Both the position numbers and the translations under genes were made by a program. The notes below the pieces were generated by a model. The model saw only the letters and a program-made list of their open reading frames with translations, was not told the origin of the DNA and ran no database searches. Below are positions 40,801-54,200 of a stretch of 64,000 nt of DNA, piece after piece (position 1 is the first letter of the stretch; each line of letters opens with the position of its first letter). The stretch is from NCBI GenBank assembly GCA_964016885.1, contig OZ024740.1, positions 12,710,001-12,774,000 of the forward strand, read 5' to 3'. The stretch comes from Eledone cirrhosa. Lineage: Eukaryota.

Positions 40801-43800
40801 CTTATGTCTTGTCTCTAGTCTAACGTCTTGTCTCTAGTCTAATGTCTCTAGTCTAATGTCTTGTCTCTAGTCTAATCTCTTGTCTCTAGTCTAATGTCTT
40901 GTCTCTAGTCTAGTGTCTCTAGTCTAATATCTTGTCTCTAGTCTAATATCTTGTCTCTAGTCTAATGTCTTGTCTCTAGTCTAATGTCTCTAGTCTAATG
41001 TCTTGTTTCTAGTCTAATGTCTCTAGACTAATGTCTTGTCTCTAGTCTAATATCTTGTCTCTAGTCTAATGTCTCTAGTCTAATGTCTTATCTCTAGTCT
41101 AATGTCTCTAGTCTAATGTCTTGTCTCTAGTCTAATGTCTCTAGTCTAATGTCTTGTCTCTAGTCTAATATCTTGTCTCTAGTCTAATGTCTCTAGTCTA
41201 ATGTCTCTAGTCTAATGTCTTGTCTCTAGTCTAATATTTTGTCTCTAGTCTAATGTCTCTAGTCTAATGTCTTGTCTCTAGTCTAATGTCTCTAGTCTAA
41301 TGTCTTGTCTCTAGTCTAATGTCTCTAGTCTAATGTCTTGTCTCTAGTCTAATATCTTGTCTCTAGTCTAATGTCTCTAGTCTAATGTCTTGTCTCTAGT
41401 CTAATGTCTTGTCTCTAGTCTAATATCTTGTCTCAAGTCTAATGTCTCTAGTCTAATGTCTTGTCTCTAGTCTAATATCTTGTCTCTAGTCTAATGTCTC
41501 TAGTCTAATGTCTTGTCTCTAGTCTAATATCTTGTCTCTAGTCTAATGTCTCTAGTCTAATGTCTTGTCTCTAGTCTAATGTCTTGTCTCTAGTCTAATG
41601 TCTTGTCTCTAGTCTAATGTCTCTAGTCTAATATCTTGTCTCTAGTCTAATGTCTTGTCTCTAGTCTAATGTCTTGTCTCTAGTCTAATGTCTTGACTCT
41701 AGTCTAATGTCTCTAGTCTAATGTCTTGTCTCTAGTCTAACGTCTTGTCTCTAGTCTAATTTCTCTAGTGTAATGTCTTGTCTCTAGTCTAATGTCTTGT
41801 CTCTAGTCTAACGTCTTGTCTCTAGTCTAATGTCTCTAGTCTAATATCTTGTCTCTAGTCTAATGTCTCTAGTGTAATATCTTGTCACTAGTCCAATGTA
41901 TCTAGTCTAATATATTGTCTCTAGTCTAACGTCTTGTCTCTAGTCTAATGTCTCTAGTCTAATATCTTGTCTCTAGTCTAATGTCTCTAGTCTAAAATCT
42001 TGTCACTAGTCTAATGTCTCTAGTCTAATGTCTTGTCTCTAGTCTAATGTCTTGTCTCTAGTCTAATGTCTTGTCTCTAGTCTAATGTCTTGTCTCTAGT
42101 CTAATGTCTCTAGTCTAATGTCTTGTCTCTAGTCTAATATCTTGTCTCTAGTCTAATGTCTTGTCTCTAGTCTAATGTCTCTAGTCTAATGTCTTGTTTC
42201 TAGTCTAATGTCTCTAGTCTAATGTCTTGTCTCTAGTCTAATATCTTGTCTCTAGTCTAATGTCTCGAGTCTAATGTCTTGTCTCTAGTCTAATGTCTTG
42301 TGTCTAGTCTAATATCTTGTCTCTAGTCTAATGTCTTGTCTCTAGTCTAATATCTTGTCTCTAGTCTAATGTCTCTAGTCTAATGTCTTGTCTCTAGTCT
42401 AATGTCTCTAGTCTAATGTCTTGTCTCTAGTCTAATATCTTGTCTCTAGTCTAATGTCTCTAGTCTAATGTCTCTAGTCTAATGTCTTGTCTCTAGTCTA
42501 ATATCTTGTCTCTAGTCTAATGTCTCTAGTCTAATGTCTTGTTTCTAGTCTAATGTGTCTAGTCTAATGTCTCTAGTCTAATGTCTTGTCTCTAGTCTAA
42601 TATCTTGTCTCTAGTCTAATGTCTCTAGTCTAATGTCTTGTCTCTAGTCTAATGTCTTGTCTCTAGCCTAATATCTTGTCTCTAGTCTAATGTCTCTAGT
42701 CTAATGTCTTGTCTCTAGTCTAATATCTTGTCTCTAGTCTAATGTCTCTAGTCTAATGTCTTGTCTCTAGTCTAATATCTTGTCTCTAGTCTAATGTCTC
42801 TAGTCTAATGTCTTGTCTCTAGTCTAATGTCTTGTCTCTAGTCTAATGTCTTGTCTCTAGTCAAATGTCTCTAGTCTAATGTCTTGTCTCTAGTCTAACG
42901 TCTTGTCTCTAGTCTAATGTCTCTGGTCTAATGTCTCTAGTGTAATGTCTTGTCTCTAGTCTAATGTCTTGTCTCTAGTCTAATGTCTTGTCTCTAGTCT
43001 AATGTCTCTAGTCTAATGTCTTGTCTCTAGTCTAATATCTTGTCTCTAGTCTAATGTCTTGTCTCTAGTCTAATGTCTCTAGTCTAATGTCTTGTTTCTA
43101 GTCTAATGTCTCTAGTCTAATATCTTGTCTCTAGTCTAATGTCTCTAGTCTAATGTCTCTAGTCTAATGTCTTGTCTCTAGTCTAATATCTTGTCTCTAG
43201 TCTAATGTCTCTAGTCTAATGTCTTGTCTCTAGTCTAATGTCTCTAGTCTAATGTCTTGTCTCTAGTCTAATGTCTCTAGTCTAATGTCTTGTCTCTAGT
43301 CTAATATCTTGTCTCTAGTCTAATGTCTCTAGTCTAATGTCTTGTCTCTAGTCTAATGTCTTGTCTCTAGCCTAATATCTTGTCTCTAGTCTAATGTCTC
43401 TAGTCTAATGTCTTGTCTCTAGTCTAATATCTTGTCTCTAGTCTAATGTCTCTAGTCTAATGTCTTGTCTCTAGTCTAATATCTTGTCTCTAGTCTAATG
43501 TCTCTAGTCTAATGTCTTGTCTCTAGTCTAATGTCTTGTCTCTAGTCTAATGTCTTGTCTCTAGTCAAATGTCTCTAGTCTAATGTCTTGTCTCTAGTCT
43601 AACGTCTTGTCTCTAGTCTAATGTCTCTGGTCTAATGTCTCTAGTGTAATGTCTTGTCTCTAGTCTAATGTCTTGTCTCTAGTCTAATGTCTTGTCTCTA
43701 GTCTAATGTCTCTAGTCTAATGTCTCTAGTCTAATGTCTTGTCTCTAGTCTAATATCTTGTCTCTAGTCTAATGTCTTGTCTCTAGTCTAATGTCTCTAG

Positions 43801-46800
43801 TCTAATGTCTTGTTTCTAGTCTAATGTCTCTAGTCTAATGTCTTGTCTCTAGTCTAATATCTTGTCTCTAGTCTAATGTCTTGTCTCTAGTCTAATGTCT
43901 CTAGTCTTATGTCTTGTCTCTAGTCTAACGTCTTGTCTCTAGTCTAATGTCTCTAGTCTAATGTCTTGTCTCTAGTCTAATCTCTTGTCTCTAGTCTAAT
44001 GTCTTGTCTCTAGTCTAGTGTCTCTAGTCTAATATCTTGTCTCTAGTCTAATATCTTGTCTCTAGTCTAATGTCTTGTCTCTAGTCTAATGTCTCTAGTC
44101 TAATGTCTTGTTTCTAGTCTAATGTCTCTAGACTAATGTCTTGTCTCTAGTCTAATATCTTGTCTCTAGTCTAATGTCTCTAGTCTAATGTCTTATCTCT
44201 AGTCTAATGTCTCTAGTCTAATGTCTTGTCTCTAGTCTAATGTCTCTAGTCTAATGTCTTGTCTCTAGTCTAATATCTTGTCTCTAGTCTAATGTCTCTA
44301 GTCTAATGTCTCTAGTCTAATGTCTTGTCTCTAGTCTAATATTTTGTCTCTAGTCTAATGTCTCTAGTCTAATGTCTTGTCTCTAGTCTAATGTCTCTAG
44401 TCTAATGTCTTGTCTCTAGTCTAATGTCTCTAGTCTAATGTCTTGTCTCTAGTCTAATATCTTGTCTCTAGTCTAATGTCTCTAGTCTAATGTCTTGTCT
44501 CTAGTCTAATGTCTTGTCTCTAGTCTAATATCTTGTCTCAAGTCTAATGTCTCTAGTCTAATGTCTTGTCTCTAGTCTAATATCTTGTCTCTAGTCTAAT
44601 GTCTCTAGTCTAATGTCTTGTCTCTAGTCTAATATCTTGTCTCTAGTCTAATGTCTCTAGTCTAATGTCTTGTCTCTAGTCTAATGTCTTGCCTCTAGTC
44701 TAATGTCTCTAGTCTAATATCTTGTCTCTAGTCTAATGTCTTGACTCTAGTCTAATGTCTCTAGTCTAATGTCTTGTCTCTAGTCTAACGTCTTGTCTCT
44801 AGTCTAATTTCTCTAGTGTAATGTCTTGTCTCTAGTCTAATGTCTTGTCTCTAGTCTAACGTCTTGTCTCTAGTCTAATGTCTCTAGTCTAATATCTTGT
44901 CTCTAGTCTAATGTCTCTAGTGTAATATCTTGTCACTAGTCCAATGTATCTAGTCTAATATATTGTCTCTAGTCTAACGTCTTGTCTCTAGTCTAATGTC
45001 TCTAGTCTAATATCTTGTCTCTAGTCTAATGTCTCTAGTCTAAAATCTTGTCACTAGTCTAATGTCTCTAGTCTAATGTCTTGTCTCTAGTCTAATGTCT
45101 TGTCTCTAGTCTAATGTCTTGTCTCTAGTCTAATGTCTTGTCTCTAGTCTAATGTCTCTAGTCTAATGTCTTGTCTCTAGTCTAATATCTTGTCTCTAGT
45201 CTAATGTCTTGTCTCTAGTCTAATGTCTCTAGTCTAATGTCTTGTTTCTAGTCTAATGTCTCTAGTCTAATGTCTTGTCTCTAGTCTAATATCTTGTCTC
45301 TAGTCTAATGTCTCGAGTCTAATGTCTTGTCTCTAGTCTAATGTCTTGTGTCTAGTCTAATATCTTGTCTCTAGTCTAATGTCTTGTCTCTAGTCTAATA
45401 TCTTGTCTCTAGTCTAATGTCTCTAGTCTAATGTCTTGTCTCTAGTCTAATGTCTCTAGTCTAATGTCTTGTCTCTAGTCTAATATCTTGTCTCTAGTCT
45501 AATGTCTCTAGTCTAATGTCTCTCGTCTAATGTCTTGTCTCTAGTCTAATATCTTGTCTCTAGTCTAATGTCTCTAGTCTAATGTCTTGTTTCTAGTCTA
45601 ATGTGTCTAGTCTAATGTCTCTAGTCTAATGTCTTGTCTCTAGTCTAATATCTTGTCTCTAGTCTAATGTCTCTAGTCTAATGTCTTGTCTCTAGTCTAA
45701 TGTCTTGTCTCTAGCCTAATATCTTGTCTCTAGTCTAATGTCTCTAGTCTAATGTCTTGTCTCTAGTCTAATATCTTGTCTCTAGTCTAATGTCTCTAGT
45801 CTAATGTCTTGTCTCTAGTCTAATATCTTGTCTCTAGTCTAATGTCTCTAGTCTAATGTCTTGTCTCTAGTCTAATGTCTTGTCTCTAGTCTAATGTCTT
45901 GTCTCTAGTCAAATGTCTCTAGTCTAATGTCTTGTCTCTAGTCTAACGTCTTGTCTCTAGTCTAATGTCTCTGGTCTAATGTCTCTAGTGTAATGTCTTG
46001 TCTCTAGTCTAATGTCTTGTCTCTAGTCTAATGTCTTGTCTCTAGTCTAATGTCTCTAGTCTAATGTCTTGTCTCTAGTCTAATATCTTGTCTCTAGTCT
46101 AATGTCTTGTCTCTAGTCTAATGTCTCTAGTCTAATGTCTTGTTTCTAGTCTAATGTCTCTAGTCTAATGTCTTGTCTCTAGTCTAATATCTTGTCTCTA
46201 GTCTAATGTCTTGTCTCTAGTCTAATGTCTCTAGTCTTATGTCTTGTTTCTAGTCTAACGTCTTGTCTCTAGACTAATATCTTGTCTCTAGTCTAATATC
46301 TCTAGTCTAATATCTTGTCACTAGTCTAATGTCTCTAGTCTAATATCTTGTCTCTAGTCTAACGTCTTGTCTCTAGTCTAATGTCTCTAGTCTAATATCT
46401 TGTCTCTAGTCTAATGTCTCTAGTCTGATATCTTGTCACTAGTCTAATGTCTCTAGTCTAATGTCTTGTCTCTAGTCTAATGTCTTGTCTCTAGTATAAT
46501 GTCTCTAGTCTAATGTCTTGTCTCTAGTCTAATATCTTGTCTCTAGTCTAATATCTTGTCTCTAGTCTAATGTCTCTAGTCTAATGTCTTGTTTCTAGTC
46601 TAATGTCTCTAGTCTAATGTCTTGTCTCTAGTCTAATATCTTGTCTCTAGTCTAATGTCTTGTCTCTAGTCTAATGTCTCTAGTCTAATGTCTTGTCTCT
46701 AGTCTAATATATTGTCTCTAGTCTAATGTCTTGTCTCTAGTCTAATGTCTCTAGTCTAATGTCTTGTTTCTAGTCTAATGTCTCTAGTCTAATGTCTTGT

Positions 46801-49800
46801 CTCTAGTCTAATATCTTGTCTCTAGTCTAATGTCTCTAGTCTAATGTCTTGTCTCTAGTCTAATGTCTCTAGTCTAATGTCTTGTCTCTAGTCTAATATC
46901 TTGTCTCTAGTCCAATGTCTTGTCTCTAGTCTAATGTCTCTAGTCTAATATCTTGTCTCTAGTCTAATGTCTTGTCTCTAGTCTAATGTCTCTAGTCTAA
47001 TATCTTGTCTCTAGTCTAATATCTTGTCTCTAGTCTAATGTCTTGTCTCTAGTCTAACGTCTTGTCTCTAGTCTAATTTCTCTAGTGTAATGTCTTGTCT
47101 CTAGTCTAATGTCTTGTCTCTAGTCTAACGTCTTGTCTCTAGTCTAATGTCTCTAGTCTAATATCTTGTCTCTAGTCTAATGTCTCTAGTCTAATATCTT
47201 GTCACTAGTCCAATGTCTCTAGTCTAATATATTGTCTCTAGTCTAATATCTTGTCTCTAGTCTAATGTCTCTAGTCTAATGTCTTGTCTCTAGTCTAATG
47301 TCTCTAGTCTAATGTCTTGTCTCTAGTCTAATATCTTGTCTCTAGTCTAATGTCTTGTCTCTAGTCTAATATCTTGTCTCTAGTCTAATGTCTCTAGTCT
47401 AATGTCTTATCTCTAGTCTAATGTCTCTAGTCTAATGTCTTGTCTCTAGTCTAATGTCTCTAGTCTAATGTCTTGTCTCTAGTCTAATATCTTGTCTCTA
47501 GTCTAATGTCTCTAGTCTAATGTCTCTAGTCTAATGTCTTGTCTCTAGTCTAATATTTTGTCTCTAGTCTAATGTCTCTAGTCTAATGTCTTGTCTCTAG
47601 TCTAATGTCTTGTCTCTAGTCTAATGTCTCTAGTCTAATGTCTTGTCTCTAGTCTAATGTCTCTAGTCTAATGTCTTGTCTCTAGTCTAATATATTGTCT
47701 CTAGTCTAATGTCTCTAGTCTAATGTCTCTAGTCTAATGTCTTGTCTCTAGTCTAATATCTTGTCTCTAGTCTAATGTCTCTAGTCTAATGTCTTGTCTC
47801 TAGTCTAATGTCTCTAGTCTAATGTCTTGTCTCTAGTCTAATGTCTCTAGTCTAATGTCTTGTCTCTAGTCTAATATCTTGTCTCTAGTCTAATGTCTCT
47901 AGTCTAATGTCTTGTCTCTAGTCTAATGTCTTGTCTCTAGCCTAATATCTTGTCTCTAGTCTAATGTCTCTAGTCTAATGTCTTGTCTCTAGTCTAATAT
48001 CTTGTCTCTAGTCTAATGTCTCTAGTCTAATGTCTTGTCTCTAGTCTAATATCTTGTCTCTAGTCTAATGTCTCTAGTCTAATGTCTTGTCTCTAGTCTA
48101 ATGTCTTGTCTCTAGTCTAACGTCTTGTCTCTAGTCTAATGTCTCTGGTCTAATGTCTCTAGTGTAATGTCTTGTCTCTAGTCTAATGTCTTGTCTCTAG
48201 TCTAATGTCTTGTCTCTAGTCTAATGTCTCTAGTCTAATGTCTTGTCTCTAGTCTAATATCTTGTCTCTAGTCTAATGTCTTGTCTCTAGTCTAATGTCT
48301 CTAGTCTAATGTCTTGTTTCTAGTCTAATGTCTCTAGTCTAATGTCTTGTCTCTAGTCTAATATCTTGTCTCTAGTCTAATGTCTTGTCTCTAGTCTAAT
48401 GTCTCTAGTCTTATGTCTTGTCTCTAGTCTAACGTCTTGTCTCTAGTCTAATGTCTCTAGTCTAATATCTTGTCTCTAGTCTAATGTCTCTAGTCTAATA
48501 TCTTGTCACTAGTCTAATGTCTCTAGTCTAATATCTTGTCTCTAGTCTAACGTCTTGTCTCTAGTCTAATGTCTCTAGTCTAATATCTTGTCTCTAGTCT
48601 AATGTCTCTAGTCTGATATCTTGTCACTAGTCTAATGTCTCTAGTCTAATGTCTTGTCTCTAGTCTAATGTCTTGTCTCTAGTATAATGTCTCTAGTCTA
48701 ATGTCTTGTCTCTAGTCTAATATCTTGTCTCTAGTCTAATGTCTTGTCTCTAGTCTAATGTCTCTAGTCTAATGTCTTGTTTCTAGTCTAATGTCTCTAG
48801 TCTAATGTCTTGTCTCTAGTCTAATATCTTGTCACTAGTCTAATGTCTTGTCTCTAGTCTAATGTCTCTAGTCTTATGTCTTGTTTCTAGTCTAACGTCT
48901 TGTCTCTAGTCTAATGTCTCTAGTCTAATATCTTGTCTCTAGTCTAATATCTCTAGTCTAATATCTTGTCACTAGTCTAATGTCTCTAGTCTAATATCTT
49001 GTCTCTAGTCTAATGTCTCTAGTCTAATATCTTGTCTCTAGTCTAATGTCTCTAGTCTGATATCTTGTCACTAGTCTAATGTCTCTAGTCTAACGTCTTG
49101 TCTCTAGTCTAATGTCTTGTCTCTAGTATAATGTCTGTAGTCTAATGTCTTGTCTCTAGTCTAATATCTTGTCTCTAGTCTAATATCTTGTCTCTAGTCT
49201 AATGTCTCTAGTCTAATGTCTTGTTTCTAGTCTAATGTCTCTAGTCTAATGTCTTGTCTCTAGTCTAATATTTGTCTCTAGTCTAATGTCTTGTCTCTAG
49301 TCTAATGTCTCTAGTCTAATGTCTTGTCTCTAGTCTAATATCTTGTCTCTAGTCTAATGTCTTGTCTCTAGTCTAATGTCTCTAGTCTAATGTCTTGTTT
49401 CTAGTCTAATGTCTCTAGTCTAATGTCTTGTCTCTAGTCTAATATCTTGTCTCTAGTCTAATGTCTCTAGTCTAATGTCTTGTCTCTAGTCTAATGTCTC
49501 TAGTCTAATGTCTTGTCTCTAGTCTAATGTCTCTAGTCTAATGTCTTGTCTCTAGTCTAATATCTTGTCTCTAGTCTAATGTCTTGTCTCTAGTCTAATG
49601 TCTCTAGTCTAATATCTTGTCTCTAGTCTAATGTCTTGTCTCTAGTCTAATGTCTCTAGTCTAATGTCTTGTCTCTAGTCTAACGTCTTGTCTCTAGTCT
49701 AATTTCTCTAGTGTAATGTCTTGTCTCTAGTCTAATGTCTTGTCTCTAGTCTAACGTCTTGTCTCTAGTCTAATGTCTCTAGTCTAATATCTTGTCTCTA

Positions 49801-51299
49801 GTCTAATGTCTCTAGTCTAATATCTTGTCACTAGTCCAATGTCTCTAGTCTAATATATTGTCTCTAGTCTAACGTCTTGTCTCTAGTCTAATGTCTCTAG
49901 TCTAATATCTTGTCTCTAGTCTAATGTCTCTAGTCTAATGTCTTGTCTCTAGTCTAATCTCTTGTCTCTAGTCTAATGTCTTGTCTCTAGTCTAATGTCT
50001 CTAGTCTAATGTCTTGTCTCTAGTCTAATATTTTGTCTCTAGTCTAATGTCTTGTCTCTAGTCTAATGTCTCTAGTCTAATGTCTTGTTTCTAGTCTAAT
50101 GTCTCTAGTCTAATGTCTTGTCTCTAGTCTAATATCTTGTCTCTAGTCTAATGTCTCTAGTCTAATGTCTTGTCTCTAGTCTAATGTCTCTAGTCTAATG
50201 TCTTGTCTCTAGTCTAATCTCTTGTCTCTAGTCTAATGTCTTGTCTCTAGTCTAATGTCTCTAGTCTAATGTCTTGTCTCTAGTCTAATATTTTGTCTCT
50301 AGTCTAATGTCTTATCTCTAGTCTAATGTCTCTAGTCTAATGTCTTGTCTCTAGTCTAATGTCTCTAGTCTAATGTCTTGTCTCTAGTCTAATATCTTGT
50401 CTCTAGTCTAATGTCTCTAGTCTAATGTCTCTAGTCTAATGTCTTGTCTCTAGTCTAATATTTTGTCTCTAGTCCAATGTCTCTAGTCTAATGTCTTGTC
50501 TCTAGTCTAATGTCTCTAGTCTAATGTCTTGTCTCTAGTCTAATGTCTCTAGTCTAATGTCTTGTCTCTAGTCTAATGTCTCTAGTCTAATGTCTTGTCT
50601 CTAGTCTAATATCTTGTCTCTAGTCTAATGTCTCTAGTCTAATGTCTCTAGTCTAATGTCTTGTCTCTAGTCTAATATCTTGTCTCTAGTCTAATGTCTC
50701 TAGTCTAATGTCTTGTCTCTAGTCTAATGTCTCTAGTCTAATGTCTTGTCTCTAGTCTAATGTCTCTAGTCTAATGTCTTGTCTCTAGTCTAATATCTTG
50801 TCTCTAGTCTAATGTCTCTAGTCTAATGTCTTGTCTCTAGTCTAATGTCTTGTCTCTAGCCTAATATCTTGTCTCTAGTCTAATGTCTCTAGTCTAATGT
50901 CTTGTCTCTAGTCTAATATCTTGTCTCTAGTCTAATGTCTCTAGTCTAATGTCTTGTCTCTAGTGTAATATCTTGTCTCTAGTCTAATGTCTCTAGTCTA
51001 ATGTCTTGTCTCTAGTCTAATGTCTTGTCTCTAGTCTAATGTCTTGTCTCTAGTCAAATGTCTCTAGTCTAATGTCTTGTCTCTAGTCTAACGTCTTGTC
51101 TCTAGTCTAATGTCTCTGGTCTAATGTCTCTAGTGTAATGTCTTGTCTCTAGTCTAATGTCTTGTCTCTAGTCTAATGTCTTGTCTCTAGTCTAATGTCT
51201 CTAGTCTAATGTCTTGTCTCTAGTCTAATATCTTGTCTCTAGTCTAATGTCTTGTCTCTAGTCTAATGTCTCTAGTCTAATGTCTTGTTTCTAGTCTAA

Positions 51300-54200
51300 T
51301 GTCTCTAGTCTAATGTCTTGTCTCTAGTCTAATATCTTGTCTCTAGTCTAATGTCTTGTCTCTAGTCTAATATCTTGTCTCTAGTCTAATGTCTTGTCTC
51401 TAGTCTAATGTCTCTAGTCTTATGTCTTGTCTCTAGTCTAACGTCTTGTCTCTAGTCTAATGTCTCTAGTCTAATATCTTGTCTCTAGTCTAATGTCTCT
51501 AGTCTAATATCTTGTCACTAGTCTAATGTCTCTAGTCTAATATCTTGTCTCTAGTCTAACGTCTTGTCTCTAGTCTAATGTCTCTAGTCTAATATCGTGT
51601 CTCTAGTCTAATGTCTCTAGTCTGATATCTTGTCACTAGTCTAATGTCTCTAGTCTAATGTCTTGTCTCTAGTCTAATGTCTTGTCTCTAGTATAATGTC
51701 TCTAGGCTAATGTCTTGTCTCTAGTCTAATATCTTGTCTCTAGTCTAATATCTTGTCTCTAGTCTAATGTCTCTAGTCTAATGTCTTGTTTCTAGTCTAA
51801 TGTCTCTAGTCTAATGTCTTGTCTCTAGTCTAATATCTTGTCTCTAGTCTAATGTCTTGTCTCTAGTCTAATGTCTCTAGTCTAATGTCTTGTCTCTAGT
51901 CTAATATCTTGTCTCTAGTCTAATGTCTTGTCTCTAGTCTCATGTCTCTAGTCTAATGTCTTGTTTCTAGTCTAATGTCTCTAGTCTAATGTCTTGTCTC
52001 TAGTCTAATATCTTGTCTCTAGTCTAATGTCTCTAGTCTAATGTCTTGTCTCTAGTCTAATGTCTCTAGTCTAATGTCTTGTCTCTAGTCTAATATCTTG
52101 TCTCTAGTCTAATGTCTTGTCTCTAGTCTAATGTCTCTAGTCTAATGTCTTGTCTCTAGTCTAACGTCTTGTCTCTAGTCTAATTTCTCTAGTGTAATGT
52201 CTTGTCTCTAGTCTAATGTCTTGTCTCTAGTCTAACGTCTTGTCTCTAGTCTAATGTCTCTAGTCTAATATCTTGTCTCTAGTCTAATGTCTCTAGTCTA
52301 ATATCTTGTCACTAGTCCAATGTCTCTAGTCTAATGTATTGTCTCTAGTCTAACGTCTTGTCTCTAGTCTAATGTCTCTAGTCTAATATCTTGTCTCTAG
52401 TCTAATGTCTCTAGTCTAATGTCTTGTCTCTAGTCTAATGTCTCTAGTCTAATGTCTAGTTTCTAGTCTAATGTCTCTAGACTAATGTCTTGTCTCTAGT
52501 CTAATATCTTGTCTCTAGTCTACTGTCTCTAGTCTAATGTCTTGTCTCTAGTCTAATGTCTCTAGTCTAATGTCTTGTCTCTAGTCTAATATCTTGTCTC
52601 TAGTCTAATGTCTTGTCTCTAGTCTAATATCTTGTCTCTAGTCTAATGTCTCTAGTCTAATGTCTTATCTCTAGTCTAATGTCTCTAGTCTAATGTCTTG
52701 TCTCTAGTCTAATGTCTCTAGTCTAATGTCTTGTCTCTAGTCTAATATCTTGTCTCTAGTCTAATGTCTCTAGTCTAATGTCTCTAGTCTAATGTCTTGT
52801 CTCTTGTCTAATATTTTGTCTCTAGTCTAATGTCTCTAGTCTAATGTCTTGTCTCTAGTCTAATGTCTCTAGTCTAATGTCTTGTCTCTAGTCTAATGTC
52901 TCTAGTCTAATGTCTTGTCTCTAGTCTAATATCTTGTCTCTAGTCTAATGTCTCTAGTCTAATGTCTTGTCTCTAGTCTAATGTCTTGTCTCTAGTCTAA
53001 TATCTTGTCTCTAGTCTAATGTCTCTAGTCTAATGTCTTGTCTCTAGTCTAATATCTTGTCTCTAGTCTAATGTCTCTAGTCTAATGTCTTGTCTCTAGT
53101 CTAATATCTTGTCTCTAGTCTAATGTCTCTAGTCTAATGTCTTGTCTCTAGTCTAATGTCTTGTCTCTAGTCTAATGTCTTGTCTCTAGTCTAATGTCTC
53201 TAGTCTAATGTCTTGTCTCTAGTCTAACGTCTTGTCTCTAGTCTAATGTCTCTGGTCTAATGTCTCTAGTGTAATGTCTTGTCTCTAGTCTAATGTCTTG
53301 TCTCTAATCTAATGTCTTGTCTCTAGTCTAATGTCTCTAGTCTAATGTCTTGTCTCTAGTCTAATATCTTGTCTCTAGTCTAATGTCTTGTCTCTAGTCT
53401 AATGTCTCTAGTCTAATGTCTTGTTTCTAGTCTAATGTCTCTAGTCTAATGTCTTGTCTCTAGTCTAATATCTTGTCACTAGTCTAATGTCTTGTCTCTA
53501 GTCTAATGTCTCTAGTCTAATGTCTTGTCTCTAGTCTAACGTCTTGTCTCTAGTCTAATGTCTCTAGTGTAATGTCTTGTCTCTAGTCTAATGTCTTGTC
53601 TCTAGTCTAACGTCTTGTCTCTAGTCTAATGTCTCTAGTCTAATATCTTGTCTCTAGTCTAATGTCTCTAGTCTAATATCTTGTCACTAGTCTAATGTCT
53701 CTAGTCTAATATCTTGTCTCTAGTCTAACGTCTTGTCTCTAGTCTAATATCTTGTCACTAGTCTAATGTCTCTAGTCTAATGTCTTGTCTCTAGTCTAAT
53801 GTCTTGTCTCTAGTATAATGTCTCTAGTCTAATGTCTTGTCTCTAGTCTAATATCTTGTCTCTAGTCTAATATCTTGTCTCTAGTCTAATGTCTCTAGTC
53901 TAATGTCTTGTTTCTAGTCTAATGTCTCTAGTCTAATGTCTTGTCACTAGTCTAATATCTTGTCTCTAGTCTAATGTCTTGTCTCTAGTCTAATGTCTCT
54001 AGTCTAATGTCTTGTCTCTCGTCTAATATCTTGTCTCTAGTCTAATGTCTTCTCTCTAGTCTAATGTCTCTAGTATAATGTCTTGTTTCTAGTCTAATGT
54101 CTCTAGTCTAATGTCTTGTCTCTAGTCTCATATCTTGTCACTAGTCTAATGTCTCTAGTCTAATGTCTTGTCTCTAGTCTAATGTCTCTAGTCTAATGTC

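Larger units (their letters stand above)
8200..51300. repeat. Core domain organised as ~2.2-2.4 kb higher-order repeat units (types A and B) delimited by a shared marker cassette
   Basis: The cassette GCCTAATATC...GTCAAATG...TAACG...CTGGTC...GTGTAATG recurs with the C of CAAATG at 8435, 10911, 13965, 16177, 19141, 21367, 22303, 24529, 26854, 28489, 32185, 34515, 36741, 38249, 40475, 42862, 43566, 45910 and 51055. A spacing of 2226 occurs four times, and 2325-2387 four times. Confidence 0.88.
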
